A stretch of 64,000 nt of DNA from an uncultured bacterium. Lineage in GTDB: Bacteria > Verrucomicrobiota > Verrucomicrobiia > Limisphaerales > UBA8199. A program made the translations under genes and the position numbers. The stretch lies in contig CAVVMW010000021.1 of NCBI GenBank assembly GCA_963749495.1, positions 864,001-928,000 on the forward strand, given 5' to 3'. The number at the start of each line of letters is the position of its first letter. Position 1 is the stretch's first letter. Positions 39,101 through 49,462 of this stretch are shown piece after piece. A model generated the notes under the pieces. The model was given only the letters and a program-made list of their open reading frames with translations, was not told where the DNA came from and made no database searches.

Positions 39101-42100
39101 CCAAGGGAAGCAGAGGGTTTTTCTCACCGTGGAATTCCCCGTGGGAGAGGTTTGGCAGGACTGGACCAACTCGCTTACGGGGGAACGAGAAGTCCGCATC
39201 TACGAAAGCGGACTGTGGCGGAAGACCGTCACCGGCCGGCGGATCGTCGAGTTAAGCTATGACGAGCGGAACGTGGAGGCGCGCAGCCGGGCCTATTTCA
39301 ACCGGGGCAGCCTCGAGGCCCCTGTCTGCGGAGCGTTGCTGGAGGAGACGCGCACGCTGGAATCCTGGCAGCGGGACCTCACCCAACCGGGAGTGGACCC
39401 CTACCGCCCGATTATCGCCAAGCTGCGGGTCAACTACGTGACGGGCGAATTCAGGCGGGAGACCTACGGGTTGTTCGCCCTTCCAATCGAGATTGTGGAT
39501 GAGCAGTATGTCACCCGGAACCGCTACACGCCGTACGGGATATTGGCCTCGGCCACGGTCTTCGAAAACGGGCGCGAAGAGAATGACGCCGCGCGCTCCG
39601 GGCCCGACCGTTTGCTCCGGGCAGAGGCCGGCCGCCCCAGGGCCGAACTGGTTTGCAAGCTGCCCGCCAACAGTGAGCCCACCGGCTTAGCGGCTGCCGG
39701 GCACTACATCATCCTCGAGCGGAAAGACCTGGTCAAAGGGCTGGTGTCCACCCAGACCTGGGATAATGCCCACTTCGGCCGGAAAATGACCGAGGACATC
39801 GAGGACAGGGTTGACGGCACGCAGTCGTTCGTATCCAGGGTGACGTGGGAGTATGATGCGGATTATTATTTCGGCTTGGTGCCCGCGCGGGCGACGACGC
39901 ACAGCCTGGCCTCGGGCGCGCTCTTGGCCGAAGTGACCACCCTGAGCTTTGACCCGGGGCGACGCCGCTTGGTCGGCCTCGAGGTGAGCTACACCGGCCA
40001 GGTCCGGACGAACACCTGGGATTATCGCTGGTCCAACCCGGTCGAGGCGGAGACACCCCAGCGGAGGATCACCCAGGAGTACAATCGCGATGAAACGGAG
40101 ACGCGCACCCGCACGGTAATCAAGAGCACAGGCGAAACTCTCGACCAGGGGACGGGCCGCTACAACGCCGGCACCAGGAGCTGGCAGGTGATACGGCAGG
40201 TATGGTACGGCCCGGACATACCCGATCACACCGAGACCAACCTCTACAGCGCGTTGGGAAAACTGATGAGCGTCCGGGTCGGGGAGGCCTTCGAGACGCG
40301 GCCCAGCTATACGCCCGATGGGAAGGAGCAGGCCAGCCGGACCTTCCGGCCAGACGCCGCCACCGGGCGCTTCGAGGTGCTCTGCCGCCAGGAGGATGAT
40401 TATCATTGGAACTCCGGGCGGCGCGAGGCCCGGGTCCGCCTGTTCGTGGACGGAACGGTGGCGGATGAGTACCGTACCGTTGCGGACGCCCAAGGGAGGA
40501 TCGTGGAAGAGGGTTTGCGCGACTGGCCGCAGCTTGAACTCCGGACCCGGCGCACCTATGACGGGCAGAGCCAACGGGTGCTGAAGGTGGAGGTGCTGCA
40601 GAACGGCCAAATCCGGTCCACGCACCAAGTCCTCGGTCTGGTGCCTCGACCCGGCGGCGGGTGGTGGCAAAAAGTGGCGGTGACGCCAGCCTGGGGCCTG
40701 GCCTTTACCAATAGCTTCCTGGTTGGAGATCCCTTGGGCCGATTGGTCGAGACCGAATTCGAAAACGGAGACCGGGCACGGGTGGTGGGTTGGGTGGCAG
40801 GCAGTGCCATCGCCCAAAACACCGAGGTGCGGGACCGGCACGGCCACGTCAAGGAGCGCTGGGTCAAAGAGGCGCAGGGAGGTGTCGCCGAGGGGTTGCC
40901 TTATGACCTCGTGAAGCGATATAAGATCAGCCCCTGGGGCGATGCCGGCTTGGTGGAGGAGAAGGCGACGGTGCGCGGAACGGACGTGGCGTTGTTTAGC
41001 GATAAGGGTGGTGAACGGCTGTATTTCGATCGGTCAAAGAACTATGAGTCTCCCCATTATGCAGTGGATACCACGGGCCAGTTCGGTATCGAGGCGAGTC
41101 TGGCCGACGGAGCCAGATCCCATGTGACGGCGGTCTGGGTGTCCCGCCTCGTCCAGCAAGGGGGTAGTTCGGAGACCAATCGGGCCGCCGAACGGAAGAT
41201 GGAACTCACGGGCTTGGATTTGCACGGCTTACTGTATCACCCGTTTACCCGGCGGATCGTCGATGGCGCGGGCAACCTTCTGGAAGCGGTGGGTGGCAAG
41301 GTGCGGAATTTGAGGGCGCGCGGCTATTCGGAGGCCAATATAGTTGGAGAACTCGCGCTGGCTCGGGCCCTTCGGAGGACAGTTTATGGTTACCACCGGG
41401 CCTGGGTGGTGGGCCAAGCGGATCCGGCGGCCGGGCAAGCGTTGGTGGTATCGCCGAAGCCGCCCAAGCCAGGGGCCGGCGCCTGGAGCGTAAATGAAAT
41501 GGGCTGGCGCGAACTGCCGACGGAGGCCTACAGCTACCGGTTGGATGCTTCGGGCTCCAGGACCAAAGGCGGAACCAGTTTCCGTTTGGTTCGCCGGCTC
41601 TCCGCCCCACGGTTCCTCAAAGAGAACCGCCATCTCCCCGGCGTGACCAACGTTTGGCTGGCTTGGTCCACCACTGACTTCAGTGGCGCCGGAGTCGCGC
41701 TCTTCGAGTCGGAATTGATCCAGGATGCCCAGGGAGAACTCAGCACCCTGGTCACGCGCAAACCCAATAGCCAAGGAGAGCCGGGGGACAAGATCGTGTA
41801 TCGCCTGCCACGTCCATCGCCGGGAGATTGGCGAGCCGTGGGCACGCCAGTGGGGACGGACCGGGCACGCCTGGGCCTGGGCGGCCCGGACGACCTTTCG
41901 GGGTGTGATTTTGTTGCCTTTTATGCCCAGATCCCCAGGGCAGCCCGCCTCGCCTTGAGGCTGCAAGATGTGAGGCATCGCTCCATGCGGGTGGTCGAGT
42001 CGGGTGGGGCCGGAGGCCCGGACGCGGCCCAGTTCTGGCCGGTGGGACAAGTGTGCTGGCTGCCAAACGAGAATCTGCCCCGCCATGGCGCGGCAGTTTC

Positions 42101-45100
42101 GGCCCCGCCGGACCTGGTGGCCGAGGGCGCGGTCTTTGTGGTGCCCATCGCCGAACTGGTTCGGGCTGGTCTGGAAGTGGCTCACTTGGCCTCGTGCGAA
42201 TTGGAGGTCGTGAATGCCGGAACTCAACCGGTTCGAGCGACGCCGATCTTCAAGCTGGCAAGTGGGGGACGGTTCCGAGCGTCGCCAGCGAGTCTGGACT
42301 TCACCTATGAAACGCGGGCTTACTCGAGCGGGTTGACGATGCTCCGGCGGAACAGGGCCAATCTCACAACGGCCCAAGTGCGGAAAGGCATCGGCTGGAA
42401 TGCTCTCCTGGGATACGGCCGCGGTCGGGTGGCGGTGTTGAACCCGCGCGTCGAACCTCCCTATTATTCGATTTTGACAGTAACCGATGACTCCGACCCG
42501 GACCGCCCTTGGCCGCTTTACGCTTTGGCCGCCGAGGATGGGGCCTTCCTGGAGTACTACCAGACGGAGGGGGTGGGCGATATTCAGGTATATACCGTTG
42601 CCAATGGGTTGGGGACGCCCAAAATGGAGGTCTTTCGCGGCGGTGTTCTGGACGATGAAATCACCCCGGGCATTCTGGCGTTCGGGCACGGTTACTATGT
42701 GAGCCTGCCCCTGGCCAAGGCCAGGGGCGGACTCTCGAGTGTGTTTGCGCGGTTGCACAACCGGTGCGTAGCCAGTGCCTTCGCTTTGGGCGCAGACAAC
42801 TTGTTGCGCGCGGTGTTTAACTTTGACCGCATCCCAACCGAATTGCGGCAGGTAACCGGAGAGCACGGCGCCGCCGCCTCGCAGGCGCGGGTCATTGACC
42901 AGTTGCCCACCCTGGCGGGGGCGCTGGTTCCGCGACGGCGGCTCCCGTGGGGGCAGACCGGCCCTGCGCCGCCGGTCCCCGGCGTGTTGGAGGTGCAAAC
43001 CAATTGGCTGCGCACCCACCTGAGCCAGCTCTCGGGCTCTATCTCGAAACCAAGCTGATTCCTACCTCACCCGGCACGGGAGCGGCGCGGTATGTGGACA
43101 CGGTGCAGGAGGCCGCGTTGATCGAACTGGCGGTGAAATTGCGGGAGCCGGCGCTGGCGAGGGACTTGCTGGCCTTCTATTGCGAAAAGTCGCAGGGCGG
43201 CGCCCGCCCGCTTCATGACTGCTACGACGCGGAGACGGGAGCGTCGCTCACGCAGGAGGCGCGCTATGCGCGGCCGAGCGACGCGGCCAAAACTGCCCGG
43301 GCGCAGTTGGCGATGGCGGAGGCGGCGTTCTGCCTCGGGACCGCCACCGGCGACCGGAACACACTGGAGTTCGGCCGGCGCCTGGTCGATTTGGTGCTGC
43401 CAAAGTTTCGGCCGAGCACGAACGACACGGCGTGGCCGGCAGGCATCGCCGAGAGCGAGGTTCGGGCCTTGAGAAGGCTTCCCGGGCTGACGTTGTGGCC
43501 CGAGCCGAAGCGTTTTTCGGTGGGCAGCAATGCGCGCGCCTATCTGCCTCTTCGCGCGGTTGGCGGAGCAGGCGCCGAGCTATCCTTTCGGGCCCGAATG
43601 GCGGCAGCAAATGTTGGAGGCGGCGCGCGAGCAGGCGGCTTGGCTGACCAATCGGATCGGGGTGTGTGCGCAGACCGCCGGCGTGGTTCCGCGGGGCTTA
43701 TTCGAACTCCAGGACGTGCATCGCGAGACCCTGGCCTTGGCGACGGAGCTCTGGAGCGCCACCGATGACTGGCTGGATTTTATCGAAGCGGCGGACCGTT
43801 TGGGGGTGAGCAAGGAACTCACCCGGGGCTGGTTAGACAATCTGGCGCGAGCCCATGGCGTCACTGTGGAGGGGAACTGGGGCCTGGATTGGGTCATCCC
43901 GTTGCAGCGGCCGGAGGCAATCTCAGTGGTGCTGACAGCCAAATTCCTGCGCGTGGCGCGGCTGCTGGGATACGATGCCGCGGCCGATTTTGCCCAGTGG
44001 AATCTGGGCCGCCTGCGGCAGGGGGACAAGTGGCCGGCGCTGGTCACGGCCGCCAGCACGAATGCGCCGCTGGCCACCGGTCTAGGCCCCGAGATCTATC
44101 CGGCTGAAACCGGTCTTCCGGGCAAGCGGAAAGGAGGCGGGACCTCGGCGCAACTTCGTCCACCGGCCATGGCCGCGGCGGATGAAAGCCAGCAGCCCGC
44201 GGTTTCGGGCTGGCCCGAGACGCTGGGGGTGTACGCCGAATTGGCAGATCCCGCCTGGCCGGCCAGGCTGCCACCAGTGAGTGCGCTGGAACTGCGCCCC
44301 GAGCCGGAGCCGGATATCACACAGTTCCTGTGGACCGCCGCCGGATTCTATCTGAGCCTGGTGGGGGTTGCGTTGTTTTGGTGGGGCCTGAGCTACGCGC
44401 GCCGCCGCCGCCGGAAGCTGGCCCCTGCCGGCGATTCGGGGCTGCTGGTTTCGGAGGAGGTGATGCGCCGGGCCGAGGAGCGGTGGGCCAAACGTGTGTT
44501 GGGGATGAGCATCCCGGCAGGGGCGGAGCATTCGCGCTATTGCAACGGCGCCATCGAGCAGAACTTCCATATCCAGTTGCGGGCGAGCTATAAGCTGGTC
44601 CTGGAGTGGCGGCGCGTTGTCAACGGTTGGTCCGAGAGCGATGAGCGGCTCGTCGAGGGGGGGGGCGATGAATGGCTCAACGGTCTGGATGAATTCGCGG
44701 TGCTGGTCGGCATTTATATGCGCTGGGTGGTGAAGGCGGGCCGGAAGGACGGGCTGCCCCAGAGCGATGTCTTGCTCGAAAACGAGGACAGCAACCATAT
44801 CTGGTCGCGGTTGGTCATGTATTTTTCCGAGTCTCATCTCCGGCTGCTGGCCTTGATAAAGGAGTTTAAGGCCAACCCCGCCACGGCAGCGGTCCTCGGG
44901 GTGAACGACCAGATCGAGCTGGTGCTGCGGATGATGGGGGTGCGGGCCCGGACTGACCCTTTGATGCCCGCGAAGGATTCGATGCGCCCGCCGGCGCGTC
45001 GGCGCTCGACCTGCTGATGCTGCAACTGCCGGGCGCGAGCCTGGCGCGGGTGGTCGAGGAAATGGAGCGCAAGTGGGATGTGCCCGTCGAGCATGTGGTA

Positions 45101-48100
45101 AGCTTCATCAAAGGATACAAGTCGTTCAAAGAGCGCGAGCAATTGTTTCCCATTCATCCCTATCTGCTGGAAGCGGCAAAGATGCTGCCTCATTTCCTGC
45201 TCATGGGTTTGGTGGCGTTGATCTGGTACAACAACGGGCTCGAGGGGTTGAAGATCTATCCCTACTTGAAGCAGTTGGCCAAGGACCTGGCACTGGATTG
45301 GCACTCTTTGAACTGGGCAGCGCCGCTTTTTGCAGGGTTTGGGTTGAGCGTGGCGGCGCGTCTGCTGGAGGTCTATCGCTATCGCTGGGGCCCCCAGGCA
45401 GCCCAGGGCTCCTCGCTAAGCCTGGACAGGGATGTGGCCAGCTTGTTCGGGCGCGCGCCCCAGATCTCGACGCCGGCGCTGCGCCTTGGGTGGTGGTGGA
45501 ATCCCCTGGTTTACCAACGGGCCGGCTGGATTTTCCGCTCGGCCGGCCTGGGATTGCTGACGCTGGCCCTGTTCCAGTTGGAGCCGCCGAAGGAGCCGCC
45601 GAATTTCGCCAGCTTCATGTTTGTAAAGGGATGGGGTGGCGTGCTGCTGCTGGCGGAATCGGCGGGCCTGTTGCTGCCGCTGATTGTTTCCCGGTTCAGC
45701 TCCTGGTTGGAGGACCGGGTGGGCGCCAATCCGCGGGCGGGCCGGCTTAGCCGGTGGGTCAACCAACTCAACCTGGTCCCCACGCGCCCCGCCTCGCTGA
45801 TCTGGCTTTCGATCAAATATCATTTTCAGCCCTCCGTGCCCACGGGCGGGTTTTGGCCGATGACCCAGGCGATCGGGTTTTACCTTGTCTTCGGGGCGAT
45901 CTTCTTCTTCGTCGGGAGCTACATGTTCAAGCAGGCCCTGGAGATTTGGTTCCAGGAGACCTATCGCCATGGCTTGGACCTCCGCCTGATCGCCGGGATG
46001 TTTCTGTTCTGGAACACCATGTATCTGCTGCGCTTCGGGCTTTTCGTGGTGCTGACGGCGCTGGTCTCTGCCGCTGCGATTTATCCCGTCAAAGTCGCGT
46101 GCGCGGCGGGGGCCTTCGGTTGTTTCGTTCTCCAGTTCCTCAGTGAATCGTTCACTGGCTACCTGGATCATCATGCGGGGGCGGTGGGAGCGGCGTTGGT
46201 CCTCAGCCTGGCGCTCATGGCTTTTGAGGGCGAGATCCTCGACTGGGTGCGGCAATCCCGCCTGTGGCACGGACTGCGGGCGCGCCGGCAGGCAAGGGAG
46301 CAGGGGGCGTTGGACCAAATGCGACGCGATCCCAATCGAGCCTTGGGCGTCGTTTACATGAGCGGCGATGACTTGTCCTTCCACAAACTGACGCCCGAGT
46401 TGCTGATCAGCCGCCTCCAGACCCTGCGGGACCGGCTTGGGTCCGGCGGGATGCGGTTGCTGGCGCAGGCGCAGCGACTCCCGGAGGATGCGGAGCTGAC
46501 GCAATGGTTTAAGGCCCTTTATGAGCTGGAGCGGCGGGGGGATGTGACTCTGTGGCACCCGCTGCAGTTGGTCGTTTCCGGGGAAGAGCCGCGCCTGGCC
46601 GATGAGTTGGGCCTCAACTTGAGGGTGGCCAGCGGGAGCGAGCGTGACCGGGTGCTGGCGGCCTGGCACCTTCGGCGCTGGCTGGTCACCATGATGTCAA
46701 CGGCCGGGCATGCCCAGGATACCGGCATCAATCTGGTGGATATCGCGCTGTGCCTGGCGCGCGAGGGCCTGGGTGCAAACACCGTGTTTTACCTGATTCA
46801 GAACAAGTATGATAACAATGACAACAACCGGCCCGCGCAATTGCCATACGACAAGGGAGAACTCGGGCAACGGAACAAACTGGCGCGCCTGCTGATGGCG
46901 GCCGCGCCGGGCGCTCGGGCCTATAGCCTCAATGACTGGACGCCCTTTGGATTCAAAGCCGGCGGCCTGGTGGCCATGGACCTGGTTTATGAGGAGTCGC
47001 TCAAGCTCACCAATATGCTGGTGCTGGACCGGAACGCCAACGCGCACGACCTGGAGGCGGTGATGGCGGACCTCAAGCTGGCGCTGAGTGACCCGGGCGT
47101 CGTCATTGTCATCCCCGGGCGCAGCACCACCAACACCCTCACGCCCATCGGCCAGAGTTCGCAATTGGTCGAGGAGGGGCACGCGCGCTGACCCGCGGGG
47201 TGATGCTGGTGGGTGGGGTGGGCGCCGAGACCCTGGGGACCGGTTGGGGCAACATCCAGGCGATTTATTACGGACGCGTCCAGCGCGCGTTATGTGACAC
47301 CAACACCCCCAAGATGCCGCTGACGGCGGCGGCGGCGCGCGGCGCCACGTTCGGCGACCGGTGCGAGGGCCTGATTGGGTTCGGCCCGCACGCCATCGGC
47401 ATTTCCGAGGATATCTGGGGCGTGACCCAGGCGGCGCACAACGCCCTGGCACTGGGTTACCAGGTCAAGTTCCGGCGTTCCCGGGCGATGTGGCACAAGC
47501 TCCGGGAGTGCTGGAGCCATGCCGAGTGGCTCTCGGCCTTCCCCCGGTGGTCCGGAGGCTACCTTCAGATGATGCTCGACCCAATCATGCAGCGCATCAA
47601 CGATGGCGGACCGCTTTCCGTTTTTGCGAAGGAGATTCGGGCCAGCGGCGGCCGGTTCTTTTTGAGCGCCCCCTTTGCGCTCCTGAGCATCCTGCTGATG
47701 CCCCTGGCGATCATCTGCGACATCTCGCCATTCGTGCAGATCCTGGTGCTGCTCTGGAACCTGGGTTTGGTCATGAACCAGGTCCTGACCGCGCTGGGGT
47801 TGGTGGCGTGCCTTGAGGGCACAGGGTTCAATCGGCTCACCGCCTTCGCCGGCGCCGGGGCCGCAGCCATCCTGGGGCAGGAAGTGCCGGCCTTCAACTC
47901 GTTTACCCTGCCGCTGGTCGTGGCAGGCTTCCTCGCGGGCGGCTTTTGCCTGGGCCTCGGCCGATGGCTCTATTACCGGGGTCGCGACGTGATGCTCTTT
48001 GGCCCGCAACTGGTCATTCACGCCTTGGGCCAGGTGGTGCGGCAGAGCCTCGAGTTCGTGCTCTCGGGCGCCTCCGCCAACGATGCCAAGGCGGTCAACA

Positions 48101-49263
48101 TGGCGTTTCGGACCTGGGTCGGGCCCCGCGAGGACCGGCCCTTCGAGACTTATCAGAATTTCGTCAACCTCCGCACGGTGGTGTGGGGCGTGGGGTTGGG
48201 TTCACTCTTGCTGAATCTCTTTGCCTTGGCGAACCTGGATTTCCTCAACGTGCTGCTGCTGTTGCCTTCGTTGATGTTCAGCGTGAGCGCCTTGGTGGGG
48301 CCGTTTTTGATGCAACCCAAGGCGGGTAGCCATTGGGGCGCGGTGGTTTGGGCGCCCAAACTGTTGGGATGGCTGGCCAGTTTCATATTCTACCTGCTGG
48401 TGGCATGGCTCATCGCGGGCGGCGGGTGGTGGGAATGGGCCGGCCTGGGCCTCCTTGCGGCATGTCTGGGCCGGGTCCTGATGGCGGGACTTCGTTATGT
48501 GGGATACCCTCGTCGTCTCCGCAAACTCCGGGGCCAATTGGCGGAGGAGTTGGCGGCCCAGGGCTTGCCGCTGGAAGAGGCAGAGAAGCTCGCATGGAAT
48601 ATCATGGCCGGCCTGGGAACGGATCTGGAAAAGACCAAGGCCACCCTGGAGCGAACGGCGTTGTCGAGCGAGGGCCGGGCAGCCATCGCGAAAACGGTGC
48701 AGGACCGCGTGTTGCCGCTGCTCAAGAAGCCGATCTCCGACCTCCTCGAGCGGCCCTCGGCCAACCTGCGCTTTGCCTGCGAATGGCGCCGCTCGTTTGT
48801 GTTGGGGTTGTTCACGTTCGTCTGGTTTTTTGTCGTGCCAATGCCCGGCCTCCTGGTGTTCACGGCCCCGGGCGGCTACCGGATCTCGACTTTGCCGTCC
48901 AGCGTTTTTGCCGGCGCTGCGCTCGTGCTCGGGGTGGTGCTGGCGGCGGGCCTCTTGAGCCTGGCGCTGGAGTGGTGGGAGAAGCATGGCTGGTGGGGCG
49001 CGGGCTTGGTGCCGGCGATCGCTGCCCATTATCGCTCGTTCGAGTCGCTCGCGGCGCAGCCAGGCAAGCTGACGCCAGTGGACACCGCCCGGTTCCATGC
49101 TATGTTTACCGACGTTCAGACGTATTTCGATCAGCGCAGCTATGGGTACGCCCGCCGCTCGCTTCGGCAGATCCAGCAACGCCTGGCGGCGGCGGGACCA
49201 GGCAGAGCGCCCGGCGAGCTGCCCCAGGCAATGGAACCGCCGCCCGGTGCGCGGCCCGGCTGA
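36198..49263 (+). CDS. Giant (~4350 aa reconstructed) membrane protein: signal peptide, large ectodomain and multi-TM GT2-like processive glycosyltransferase
   Basis: Seven consecutive overlapping or abutting ORFs join through single-base indels near 36640, 36930, 43035, 43548, 44960 and 47183. GT2-like motifs GFKAGGL, VLDRNA, ISEDIWG and FPRWSGGYLQ lie between TM bundles. Confidence 0.72.
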
Positions 49264-49337
49264 GCCGGCGGTGCTGAACTCCGATGGCAACGCTGTGAAC
49301 CTGGAATCACCTACGAACTGGCAACTTCATTGGCGAG

Positions 49338-49448
49338 GGGCGGACGACAGCATTCTCCGCTGCCGCATAAATGCGGCCTTCCGAAGCCAACCGGAACGCC
49401 GCATAAATGCGGCAGGCGGGAGCCCTGGAAGGAATCTGTCGTGCGCCC
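49338..49448. mobile_element. MITE-like element, copy 2
   Basis: GGGCGGACGACAGCATT ... GGAATCTGTCGTGCGCCC with the same internal palindromes as 24916..25023. Confidence 0.7.
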
Positions 49449-49462
49449 AGGGGCGGGCGCTC

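Noticed and set aside
36873..43058. Stand-alone RHS toxin
   Set aside because: No RHS core cleavage motif, toxin tip or immunity gene was seen, and the frame continues into the downstream glycan domains.
36630..47190. Programmed ribosomal frameshifting to explain the split giant gene
   Set aside because: Shifts go in both directions, lack a shared slippery motif and also affect unrelated neighbouring genes.
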